A stretch of 64,000 bases of DNA from a virus. Its lineage: Duplodnaviria; Caudoviricetes. The stretch lies in the IMG/VR virus record IMGVR_UViG_3300028591_000179, positions 1 through 64,000 of that record. One strand, written 5' to 3'. Below the pieces are notes generated by a model, which made no database searches, was not told the DNA's origin, and worked only from the letters and a program-made list of their open reading frames with translations. Of the stretch, positions 1 to 8,752 are shown piece after piece. Each line of letters begins with the position of its first letter. Within the stretch, counting starts at the first letter, position 1. The position numbers were made by a program, and so were the translations under genes.

Positions 1-2
1 TT

Positions 3-761
3 GATGATTGCGCTAAGATATTAAAAGCACATAAAGTATTACTTTACAAATTAACTGATATGGGATTAGAGCCATTTGTGAATCGTGGTTGGATAATATT
101 AGAAAGACTATTTAGTACTTTTGGTGTAAATGGACTTTATGAATCTAATATTATTTTAAAAGAAAAGTTTGGTGATGTTGTAGAAGATTATAAAAAAGAT
201 ATTTTAATAAACTTTAATAATTTTTATAAAGAGGCTGCAAAAAGAGAAAATATTGTTGCCAATGCTGAACAAACACCTGTAGAAAGTATGTCTCCTAAGT
301 TATTTAAAGCCGATAATATATTGTTTGGTAATCCATATGATTTTCCTCAAATGTATGCTAATCAATTTGTCCCTACTTGGGTACATACAACAATTAAAGA
401 AAAATTTACAGAAGAAGGTAAATACGATAGTTATATGGATGGTGGTTCAATTGCACATTTACAAATTGGATCGGATTTAACTCCAAGTCAAGCAAAAGAA
501 ATCATTATGCAATCTGTTGAAGCCGGTTGTGAACATTTTGCTTTAAACGCTGTTTATTCACGTTGTAAAGAATGTGGGGCTGTAGAAAAGGCTAATTGGA
601 AAGAATGTCCGCATTGTCATTCTGAAAAGGTAGAGCATTTATCACGTGTTGTTGGTTTCTTTGTAGTAATGGATAATATTAATCCAACTCGTAGAGAAAA
701 TGATTGGAAAAAACGTACTTTTATTACAAAAGATGAACTAAATACTCAGCTTGGTAAATAA
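3..761 (+). CDS. nrdD: Anaerobic ribonucleoside-triphosphate reductase, C-terminal part (5' end outside window)
   Basis: Frame is open from the window edge. GGSIAHL motif, C-terminal Zn ribbon (CKECG...CPHC) and glycyl-radical loop SRVVGFF. Confidence 0.9.
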   Translation, partial: DDCAKILKAHKVLLYKLTDMGLEPFVNRGWIILERLFSTFGVNGLYESNIILKEKFGDVVEDYKKDILINFNNFYKEAAKRENIVANAEQTPVESMSPKLFKADNILFGNPYDFPQMYANQFVPTWVHTTIKEKFTEEGKYDSYMDGGSIAHLQIGSDLTPSQAKEIIMQSVEAGCEHFALNAVYSRCKECGAVEKANWKECPHCHSEKVEHLSRVVGFFVVMDNINPTRRENDWKKRTFITKDELNTQLGK

Positions 762-779
762 TTATTAAAATTGAGAATT

Positions 780-817
780 AATCCTCTAATGGTATTAAAG
801 CTGTTAGAGGATTTTTA
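780..817 (+). terminator. Intrinsic terminator after nrdD
   Basis: AATCCTCTAA/TTAGAGGATT stem followed by a T run. Confidence 0.75.
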
Positions 818-828
818 TTATAATTTAA

Positions 829-835
829 AGTTCTA
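829..835 (+). promoter_or_regulatory. Putative late promoter core AGTTCTA
   Basis: Recurrent intergenic motif, upstream of the 916 ORF and tail tube gene. Confidence 0.65.
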
Positions 836-915
836 TATGATATATAATTTTTTAGGAGTTTTTAAGTGCCGGTCTTAAATAAAATCTATAAAATAATAAA
901 AGGGAGGATTTATTT

Positions 916-1056
916 ATGAAGTTGTTGTTAGGAAAGAAACGAGTAGTCAGTATTGAACAACCTGGACTAAATAAGTTAAAGGCAAAACAAGTTGAACAAA
1001 ATAAAGAAGAAACTACTCCTAAAAAAAGAAAAACAGTAAGAAAAACTAAAAAATAA
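916..1056 (+). CDS. 46-aa lysine-rich protein (not in ORF track)
   Basis: AGGGAGG SD at 901; MKLLLGKKRVV...KKRKTVRKTKK*. Confidence 0.75.
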   Translation: MKLLLGKKRVVSIEQPGLNKLKAKQVEQNKEETTPKKRKTVRKTKK

Positions 1057-1097
1057 TTTTACTAATTAATTGTAGAATTAAATTATATAAATGTATC

Positions 1098-1104
1098 TGT
1101 TCTA
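1098..1104 (+). promoter_or_regulatory. Late promoter variant TGTTCTA
   Basis: 46 nt upstream of the tail tube start codon. Confidence 0.5.
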
Positions 1105-1150
1105 TTTATTAAATGAAATGTTTTAAGCTTTTAATAAGGAAAAAAATAAT

Positions 1151-1702
1151 ATGTTACATCCGTTAAGTAAAGTTCAGAATTTAAAAGATCCTTTGAAGAT
1201 GTTTGTTGCAACATTCCAAATCGTTTTTAAAGCTGGATCTCCATTAACTTCATTAATTAAAACTGATAATTTAGAGTTACGTTGTCAGACTTTTGGTTTA
1301 CCTACAATTAAGGGTGATCAAACCAAAGTTGAATGGGGCGGCTTTGAAAGACGTTATGCAGGTAAACAAACACGTGCCGGTGAATGGAAAGTTACTTTTA
1401 CGGAAGTTTGGGATTCTTCAATTACAGAAGCATTTAAAGTATGGTGTAATATGTATCATAATTATAAAAATGGTACTATTTCATTATTAGAGGCTTATTC
1501 CGCAGATGTAAACGTTGCTTTAGTTAATCCAGATGTATATGATCCAAAACCTGAAGGACTAACTCGTTACGATATGCGTTTATTTGATGTATTTCCTACT
1601 GATGTTTCATATCCTACAATCAAGGCTAGTGCTTCAGATCCTATTGAAATCACTACCACATTAAATTATAACTACTTCTTGATGGGTGATGAAAACGAAT
1701 AA
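1151..1702 (+). CDS. Tail tube protein, T4 gp19-like
   Basis: 183 aa; 'RCQTFGLP...YAGK...GEWKVTF.E......F..W' and 'LFDVFPTDV' pattern typical of gp19-type tube proteins. Confidence 0.8.
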   Translation: MLHPLSKVQNLKDPLKMFVATFQIVFKAGSPLTSLIKTDNLELRCQTFGLPTIKGDQTKVEWGGFERRYAGKQTRAGEWKVTFTEVWDSSITEAFKVWCNMYHNYKNGTISLLEAYSADVNVALVNPDVYDPKPEGLTRYDMRLFDVFPTDVSYPTIKASASDPIEITTTLNYNYFLMGDENE

Positions 1703-1722
1703 GTTCTTTCCTTAAAACAAAT

Positions 1723-1757
1723 AAAGCGTCATAGATTAATTTCCATGACGCTTTTTT
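1723..1757. terminator. Terminator between convergent genes
   Basis: AAAGCGTCAT/ATGACGCTTT stem with T tail. Confidence 0.75.
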
Positions 1758-1771
1758 ATATAAAAGATATA

Positions 1772-2683
1772 TTAAAATTCTATTTCCTTACTGCCTTCTT
1801 CAATTTCTTTTTCATCTTGTTCTTTTTTAAGATATTTATAAATTAATTCATTAGTATATTTACCATTTTCTAATATATCCATTTTTCTTTTAGCTACTTT
1901 AAAATCACCAGCACATATATATTTAAGTGTATCTAATTCAAAATCTTTTAATTTGAATCCTTTACCAAAATATGTTTTAATACCTGCCTTAATATTATCT
2001 TTTTTCATATAATCAAATTTTATTTTAAAGATAAATCTACGTAAAGAAGCATTATCAATTTTTTCTTTTAAGTTAGTTGTCATAATAAAAGGATAAGGGT
2101 GATCTTCCATTTGTGTTAATAATTCATTCACAGAAGATACATTAAATTCTTGTTTAGCGTATTTTCTATCAAATAAAAATGAATCTGCCTCATCAAATAA
2201 CAAAATAGCTTTCTTTTCTTTAGCTTCTTGAAACGCTGCCTGAATATTGGCTTCTGTTTGACCAACAAATTTATCCATTAAATCGGAGGCTCTTTTTTTA
2301 ATAAAAGGCATACCTAATTCTTGGGCTAAATATTCACCATAATATGACTTACCGGATCCAGATTGTCCATATAAAAGTAAGCCATAATTATATACTTTTG
2401 ATTTCTTTAATTTTTTTGTTAATTCTTCTAAATCTTGATTAACATTTGTCATTTTAAAATCATATTTAATTTTTGGACGCTTAACTTCTTCTACTTGTTC
2501 TTGTTGTCCTTTTCCTTTTTTACCATCATCACCTTTCATTACATCTTTTTCTATCATTTCACGTAATTCTGGTGGTAAACAATGTAAAATATTTGGATCA
2601 ACTACTGAAGTGATTGTGTATGTTGCAAATCCTCCTGGAAAACTACGTATATCATTATCTTTATTTGGGTTTTTATTTGCCAT
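1772..2683 (-). CDS. AAA+ ATPase (classical AAA clade); start moved to MANKNP
   Basis: Walker A GQSGSGKS, Walker B LLFDEAD, TTN sensor, 'LRRF' arginine finger; AAGGA SD before 2683. Confidence 0.9.
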   Translation of the reverse strand: MANKNPNKDNDIRSFPGGFATYTITSVVDPNILHCLPPELREMIEKDVMKGDDGKKGKGQQEQVEEVKRPKIKYDFKMTNVNQDLEELTKKLKKSKVYNYGLLLYGQSGSGKSYYGEYLAQELGMPFIKKRASDLMDKFVGQTEANIQAAFQEAKEKKAILLFDEADSFLFDRKYAKQEFNVSSVNELLTQMEDHPYPFIMTTNLKEKIDNASLRRFIFKIKFDYMKKDNIKAGIKTYFGKGFKLKDFELDTLKYICAGDFKVAKRKMDILENGKYTNELIYKYLKKEQDEKEIEEGSKEIEF

Positions 2684-2699
2684 GTATCTATCCTTACTT

Positions 2700-3221
2700 T
2701 TAAAATTCATCTAAGATATTGTTTAATCTATAATATTTTTCTACTATTTTATTACTTTTAGAGTGATCATAATTATACCAAGCAATAAAACATTCTGCGG
2801 TTCTTTCTGTAATTTTATTTTGATTAATTGAAATAAATTGTTTAAGTGCTAAATAAATAGCTTCTTTAGCTTTTATATAGTTTTTATTTAAATTTAAAAT
2901 TCGTTCTTTTAAATTTTCTTTATCTTCATTTGACATATTTAAAATACAGTATTTTAATTTATTGGTTATAATTGCTTCATCAATCATACTCATAAAATTA
3001 TCAAATTGTTCAATATCTTTGGTTGTTTCTATTGCTTTTGGTAAATTTTCATTAAACCAATTAATATCTAGATTACAATTTTTACTTTCTTCTTTCAATT
3101 GTTTTTCCTGTATTTTTATTTTTCTATAAGATTTATAACATCTAATTGAAATAACAATACCAAATCCAATAAAAAAGAGTTGAGTAATAATATTAAGTAT
3201 ATTTGAAATTAAAATTAACAT
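2700..3221 (-). CDS. Membrane-anchored hypothetical protein; start moved to MLILISN
   Basis: GAAAGGA SD before 3221; N-terminal hydrophobic helix. The track start (3305) lies inside a terminator. Confidence 0.65.
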   Translation of the reverse strand: MLILISNILNIITQLFFIGFGIVISIRCYKSYRKIKIQEKQLKEESKNCNLDINWFNENLPKAIETTKDIEQFDNFMSMIDEAIITNKLKYCILNMSNEDKENLKERILNLNKNYIKAKEAIYLALKQFISINQNKITERTAECFIAWYNYDHSKSNKIVEKYYRLNNILDEF

Positions 3222-3246
3222 ATTATTCCTTTCTTTTACTATTGTT

Positions 3247-3275
3247 AATATAAGGTTTATTATTTCAATTGTAAA
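3247..3275 (-). promoter_or_regulatory. Sigma70-like promoter
   Basis: TTTACA-N17-TATATT on the minus strand. Confidence 0.65.
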
Positions 3276-3281
3276 ACAAAT

Positions 3282-3315
3282 AAAGCACTCTATCAAAAAA
3301 ATCAATAGAGTGCTT
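3282..3315 (-). terminator. Terminator after Hsp20
   Basis: 12-bp AAAGCACTCTAT/ATAGAGTGCTTT stem. Confidence 0.75.
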
Positions 3316-3326
3316 TTCCCTACTTT

Positions 3327-3785
3327 TTAATCTTTAATTTCAGTAATTTCATACACTTTAGGCTTTTTCTCTTCAGGTACTTCAATTTTAACATTAATTG
3401 AAAGAATACCATTAAAATATTTTACATCATTTATATAAGCAAATTCTGGTAATTTTAAACTCCATTTAAATGATCTGGTAGTAATACCTTTATATAGATA
3501 TTCTTTACTTTCACATTTTGCTTCTTCTTTATCCTCAACATATAAAATACCATCTTCAGTTGAAACTTTTAAAGCCTCTTTAGAATATCCAGCAAGACTT
3601 AGTTCAACTGTAAATTCATTGTCATTTTCTTTACATATATTATATTTTGGAAATGAATCTTTACGATCAATTAAACTGACCGGTAAAGCATCTGAAAAAA
3701 ATGTATCAATAAATTGTGGAAAAGGTGTATTAATAAATTCGGATAAATTACCACGTAAAAGTGGCATAATTGAATTCTTACTCAT
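3327..3785 (-). CDS. Small heat-shock protein (Hsp20/IbpA-like)
   Basis: 'FPKYNI...F.VELSLAGY...LKV...GILYV...YLYKGITTRSF...F...GIL.I...PEEKKP.V.EI' alpha-crystallin pattern. Confidence 0.92.
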   Translation of the reverse strand: MSKNSIMPLLRGNLSEFINTPFPQFIDTFFSDALPVSLIDRKDSFPKYNICKENDNEFTVELSLAGYSKEALKVSTEDGILYVEDKEEAKCESKEYLYKGITTRSFKWSLKLPEFAYINDVKYFNGILSINVKIEVPEEKKPKVYEITEIKD

Positions 3786-3907
3786 TTTAAAATCTCCTAA
3801 TATCTAAGCAAGATTGTTAATTTTAATTAAATTGTAAACCCATACTTGGCATCTACAATATTATAGAACATTTCTTTTTATTAAATATACTAAATAAAGT
3901 TAAAATT

Positions 3908-3914
3908 AGTTCTA
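3908..3914 (+). promoter_or_regulatory. Putative late promoter AGTTCTA
   Basis: 30 nt upstream of the 3945-12761 plus-strand operon. Confidence 0.65.
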
Positions 3915-3944
3915 AATATAAGATATAAATTAATTGAAAAAATC

Positions 3945-4415
3945 ATGCGAACAAAATATAAATTTGATTCATTGAGTAGAGCTAGAAAACGCAGAATTTT
4001 AATGCCAAAAAAACCTCGGCAAACATTTGTAATTGCAGATAATGGCAAAAAAATTAAATGTGGTACAAGTGTCTCTGAAGCTAAATGGCTAGATAAATTA
4101 GGTATATTAACTAGAAGTAAAGTAATTATTTTATTTGGAAAAACATTTGTTGTAGATGGCTATGATCCAAAAACAATGACATGTTATGAATTTAATGGAG
4201 ATTATTGGCATGGGTCACATAAAGTTTATCCAAATAATAGAGATGTAATAGATAAATGGTTAAAAAAGTCACCAAATCAATTATATCAAGACACTTTAAA
4301 TAGATATAATCTATTCTATCAAGCTGGTTTTAAAATATTTTTTGTTTGGGAAAGTGATTATAAAAAAGGATTTTTAGGAAGATACTACAAAGGTAGTGGA
4401 GATAACTTGTATTAA
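3945..4415 (+). CDS. Vsr/DUF559-like (EDxHD-type) endonuclease, possibly a homing endonuclease
   Basis: 'VDGY...YEFNGDYWHG' and C-terminal 'GFKIFFVWESD'. Confidence 0.75.
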   Translation: MRTKYKFDSLSRARKRRILMPKKPRQTFVIADNGKKIKCGTSVSEAKWLDKLGILTRSKVIILFGKTFVVDGYDPKTMTCYEFNGDYWHGSHKVYPNNRDVIDKWLKKSPNQLYQDTLNRYNLFYQAGFKIFFVWESDYKKGFLGRYYKGSGDNLY

Positions 4416-4433
4416 GTAAAAGGAACAAATAGT

Positions 4434-5735
4434 ATGTCAATAAGAATAGGTACAAATAATTTAGGTACAACTTTTAAAAATAAGTCTAATCCAGAAATTA
4501 TATTAAATCAAAAACCAAATCAACACATTACTGCAAAAATTGAAAGATATTGGGAACAAATCGAATATGATAACAGTTTTGAATTAAGACCAGTTACTTT
4601 AAAAAATAAGCTACATTTGCATGTACATTCTACAAATTCACAATATGCTCATGGTCAATTGTCTTGGACTCCTAATACATTTGTAAACGGTACAGAAGCC
4701 ATAACTGATATGGAAGTAAATGTTACAGATGCTACTTATATAAATGTAACAATTCCAGAAGGTTATACGGCTTATTATTTTGGTCCAAATAATAAACTTT
4801 ATGAAGATACTAATTATGATAATCAAATTGAACCGGCTAATGTAACCGGTAAAGTTGCTTTATATAATGTAGATGATTATCTTTCTTCTAGTTCATCTTT
4901 TAATGGATTATGGTCAAGTTCAGTAGGTTTACAAACAATTACACATTTAGATTTAAGTTATTTAGATATTAGTAAAATTAGAAGTGTAAGTGGATTAATA
5001 CCAAGCTATGGTCATAATCCATGGGGTTCTGGTTCACCATTAACTACAATAAATATAAGTAACTGGTATTCAAATAATATTACAAATTTTAGTAGTATGT
5101 TTAATAACAGTGGTATTACAACAATTATTGGTCTTGATGCTTTAAGTACATCAAATGCAACAAGTATGTCTGATATGTTTAGCGAGTGTTCTAACTTAAC
5201 ATCATTAAATGTAAGTAATTTTGATACTAATAAAGTAACTTCTATGGGAAATATGTTTTCTATGTGCTCTAAATTAGCTTCTATTGATCTTACTAATTTT
5301 GATACCACCAATGTAAGTGATTTTTCATATATGTTTAATGGTTGTAATGCATTAACTTCTTTAGATTTAAGCGGTTTTCAAACATATAATGCCACAAATG
5401 TAATGTATTTAGCAGCTGAATGTAAAAATTTAAAAGTATTAGATATAAGTAATTTTGATACTACTAAAATTACTGATAGTCTTTATCAAATGTGGTTGGT
5501 TAATGCTAAATTAAATTATTTAATTATAGGATCACCAACCTTTAGAATGCCTTTAATTAGAAGTGATGCTATAGTAGTTCCTTCTACGTGTAAGATTCTT
5601 GTACCATCTAATTTAATTTCTACATATCAAAACGCAACTAACTGGGCTCAACATTCTGCAAAATTTGATGCTATTGAAAATTATGATATTGTAAGATCTA
5701 ATGGTCAAGTAACAGTAACCCCTAAGAATGCATAA
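4434..5735 (+). CDS. BspA/DUF285-type leucine-rich-repeat protein 1 (putative virion adhesin)
   Basis: Repeats of 'TS M..MF..C..L..LD.S.FDT..V'; termini conserved with the 5761 and 7569 genes. Confidence 0.85.
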   Translation: MSIRIGTNNLGTTFKNKSNPEIILNQKPNQHITAKIERYWEQIEYDNSFELRPVTLKNKLHLHVHSTNSQYAHGQLSWTPNTFVNGTEAITDMEVNVTDATYINVTIPEGYTAYYFGPNNKLYEDTNYDNQIEPANVTGKVALYNVDDYLSSSSSFNGLWSSSVGLQTITHLDLSYLDISKIRSVSGLIPSYGHNPWGSGSPLTTINISNWYSNNITNFSSMFNNSGITTIIGLDALSTSNATSMSDMFSECSNLTSLNVSNFDTNKVTSMGNMFSMCSKLASIDLTNFDTTNVSDFSYMFNGCNALTSLDLSGFQTYNATNVMYLAAECKNLKVLDISNFDTTKITDSLYQMWLVNAKLNYLIIGSPTFRMPLIRSDAIVVPSTCKILVPSNLISTYQNATNWAQHSAKFDAIENYDIVRSNGQVTVTPKNA

Positions 5736-5760
5736 TAATATACTAAGAAGGAAATAGAAT

Positions 5761-6894
5761 ATGTCAGTTAGAGTAGGAACTATTGATTTAGGTACAATTT
5801 ATAAAAATAAAGTTGATCCTGAAATTACGATAAATCAAAAGCCACATCAACAAATAAGTGTAAAATTAGAAAGAGTATATGATCCAGAAGTCTATACAAG
5901 TACATTTAAGTTGCAGCCAGCTATTTTAAAAACAAAAGCACATATTTATGTACATTCTATAGATTCTGGATATGCACATGGACAAGTTTCATGGACTCCA
6001 AATACGTTTGTAAATGGTAGTTATATTAATTATGATTTGACAGTTAATGTAACTGATGCTACACAAATTAGTGATGTAATTATACCGGAAGGTTATGAAG
6101 ATTATTATATAAATAGTATAAACTGGAAAAATGTATATGAAGATACCAATTATGATAATTCAGTATATTTACCAGATTTAACAGGTAAAGTTATAATATA
6201 TGATTTAAATAATTATATGAGTAATAATACTAGTTTTTATAACATGTTTTATGATAGCACTGGATATTCTACACAAGCTACCCATATAGATTTAAATAAT
6301 ATAGATACTAGCAAACTTACAAATTTGGGTCAAGCTTTTTATGGGTGTCGTAAGTTAGTTTCTTTAAATATAAATGAATGGGATACTAGTAGTGTTACAA
6401 GTTTTAGACATTTATTTATGTGGGATAGTGCTTTGACATCGTTAAATTTAACAAATTGGGATGTTACAAAAGTTACTGATATGGAAGATGTGTTTACAGG
6501 TTGTTCTAGCTTAACTTCTTTAGACTTAAGTAATTGGAATACAAATAGTTTAGAATGGGCAGGTTCAACATTTTCGCAATGTAATAATTTACTTGTGTTA
6601 GATATAAGTAATTGGAATACAAATAATATTACAAATAGATATGATGGAATGATTTCTTCTTTAAGTAAATTAGAATATTTAATTATTGGTTCAGAAACAT
6701 TTAAACTTCCATTAAAATCTTCAAATATGGTTTCAGTACCATCTACTTGTAAGATTCTTGTTCCATCTGCACTTATATCTACATATCAAAATGCTACAAA
6801 TTGGTCTGTTCATGCTAGTAAGTTTGATGCTATTGAAAATTATAATATTACTAGGACAAATGGTCAAGTAGCAGTAACACCTAAAAATGCTTAA
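5761..6894 (+). CDS. BspA/DUF285-type LRR protein 2
   Basis: 'L.SL.L..WD...VT' repeats; same N- and C-terminal domains as paralogues. Confidence 0.85.
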   Translation: MSVRVGTIDLGTIYKNKVDPEITINQKPHQQISVKLERVYDPEVYTSTFKLQPAILKTKAHIYVHSIDSGYAHGQVSWTPNTFVNGSYINYDLTVNVTDATQISDVIIPEGYEDYYINSINWKNVYEDTNYDNSVYLPDLTGKVIIYDLNNYMSNNTSFYNMFYDSTGYSTQATHIDLNNIDTSKLTNLGQAFYGCRKLVSLNINEWDTSSVTSFRHLFMWDSALTSLNLTNWDVTKVTDMEDVFTGCSSLTSLDLSNWNTNSLEWAGSTFSQCNNLLVLDISNWNTNNITNRYDGMISSLSKLEYLIIGSETFKLPLKSSNMVSVPSTCKILVPSALISTYQNATNWSVHASKFDAIENYNITRTNGQVAVTPKNA

Positions 6895-6909
6895 TGAGGT
6901 AAATAAAAA

Positions 6910-7557
6910 ATGAGTTTATATATAGGTGAAAATGAAATTCAGAGATTACATGTAAATAAGCATTTAATTAGAAAAAGAACTTATGTTGGAGATAATGGAT
7001 ATTCAACAGAAGAAGAAAGTGGTGGATCAAGTGACTCACTAGTACTAGCTATTGGTGATGTATTAGAAGATAAAGTTATGGTTGCTGGTTTTATTACTTT
7101 CCAAAATCAAGAATATGCTTATTGTATATTAGATTCTGAATTATGGGTATATTATGGTACTGTTTGGGCATCTAGTAATACTTCTACTGGATTGACTAAT
7201 CAAAATGCAACAGGTACTTATAATATGAGTCAATTAAAATCAAAATATAACAACAATTTAAATAATTATCCGGCATTTAAATACTGTGATGACTTAGAAG
7301 CTGTAGAAATTGATGGAATTTCATATAAACCCGTATTACCTAGTTATGCGGAAGGTATTGGAATGTATGAAAATATTGATGGCTTTAGTTCTGGCTGGCA
7401 AGGTATGTGGACCTCTACTGAAGATACTGTATCAAATGCATATGCAATTAGAAATGGTGGTACAGTAGCATCAAATCAAAAAAATTATTCAATGAATGGT
7501 ATTACTCCAATTATTGAAATTCCAGTTAATTCAAATCATGAAATAATTACTTTATAA
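6910..7557 (+). CDS. Putative fibre/receptor-binding protein with C-type-lectin-like C-terminal domain
   Basis: 'AFKYC...LPS..E...W.ST....AY....G...K....PII' pattern; MSLYIG N-terminus. Confidence 0.5.
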   Translation: MSLYIGENEIQRLHVNKHLIRKRTYVGDNGYSTEEESGGSSDSLVLAIGDVLEDKVMVAGFITFQNQEYAYCILDSELWVYYGTVWASSNTSTGLTNQNATGTYNMSQLKSKYNNNLNNYPAFKYCDDLEAVEIDGISYKPVLPSYAEGIGMYENIDGFSSGWQGMWTSTEDTVSNAYAIRNGGTVASNQKNYSMNGITPIIEIPVNSNHEIITL

Positions 7558-7568
7558 GGAATAAAAAT

Positions 7569-8738
7569 ATGTCAATAAGAATTGGATCAATTGATTTAGG
7601 TACAGTCTATAAAAGTAAACCAAATCCACAAATTACTATAAATCAAAAACCAAATCAAACAATTGTTGCAGAAGTTGAAAGATACTGGGAAAAAGAAACA
7701 TATAATAATAGTTTTGAAATGATTCCAGTTAATCTTAAAAATAAATTACATGTATATGCACATGGTAATACTGGTTATGCTCATGGTCAATTATCATTTA
7801 CTCCAAATACATTTGTAAATGGTGGTGAATTAACTTCTGATTTAACAATTAATGTTACAGATGCTACATCTATTCCAGTGTCTATTCCAGAAGGATATGA
7901 AGATTATTATTTTTATAATTCTAAAACTAAATTTTATGAAGATACTAATTATGATAACTATATTGAAAATGCCTATCTTACTGGAAAAGTAATTTTTTTT
8001 GATTTAAATGGATATTTGTTAACAAATCATGTTCTTGATCAATTGTTTCACAATACTCAATTAACACATCTTAATCTAAGTAATTTAGATATTACAGGTT
8101 GTACAAATATGACTAACTTTTTTTCAAGTTCGCCTAATTTGCAATATATAGAAGGATTAGAAAATTTAAATACTAGTGAAGTTACTGAGATGCAAGGTAC
8201 ATTTGGAAATGTAAAAGCAACTTCTTTAAATATTTCTGGATGGGATACAAGTAAATTGCAAAACATGAGTTACATGTTTAGTGGATGTAGCGTAACAAGT
8301 TTAAATTTAACTAATTGGAATGTTTCTAAACTTAATCGTATGGAAAATGCTTTCTATGGTAGTGGATTAACATCTTTAGATTTAAGTAAATGGAATACTC
8401 CATGCCTTACGAGATGTGATAATCTTATTGGATCAACTCAAATACAAGTTTTAGATGTAAGTAATTTTGATACTACTAAGGTTACTTATTCTCATGCCAT
8501 GTTTATGAATAGCAATTTACGTTATTTGATAATAGGTTCTCCTGTATTTAAGTTTCCTCTTCCTAGTTCTTACATCGGGGTGAACTCAAGTTGTAAGATA
8601 TTAGTTCCGCAATCACTTATATCTACATATCAAAATGAAACAAATTGGTCTCAACATGCCAATCAATTTGAACCAATAGAAAATTATACGATTACAAGAT
8701 CTAATGGACAAGTAACAGTAACTCCTAATAATGCTTAA
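7569..8738 (+). CDS. BspA/DUF285-type LRR protein 3
   Basis: LRR repeats with the conserved termini of paralogues 1 and 2. Confidence 0.85.
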   Translation: MSIRIGSIDLGTVYKSKPNPQITINQKPNQTIVAEVERYWEKETYNNSFEMIPVNLKNKLHVYAHGNTGYAHGQLSFTPNTFVNGGELTSDLTINVTDATSIPVSIPEGYEDYYFYNSKTKFYEDTNYDNYIENAYLTGKVIFFDLNGYLLTNHVLDQLFHNTQLTHLNLSNLDITGCTNMTNFFSSSPNLQYIEGLENLNTSEVTEMQGTFGNVKATSLNISGWDTSKLQNMSYMFSGCSVTSLNLTNWNVSKLNRMENAFYGSGLTSLDLSKWNTPCLTRCDNLIGSTQIQVLDVSNFDTTKVTYSHAMFMNSNLRYLIIGSPVFKFPLPSSYIGVNSSCKILVPQSLISTYQNETNWSQHANQFEPIENYTITRSNGQVTVTPNNA

Positions 8739-8752
8739 TGAGGTAAAACATT

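Noticed and set aside
1701-1710. AAGTTCTT after the tail tube stop as a late promoter
   Set aside because: Followed directly by a terminator and a convergent gene, with no downstream plus-strand ORF.
6910-7557. Complete diversity-generating retroelement
   Set aside because: No reverse transcriptase motif and no AAC-rich template repeat seen in the window.
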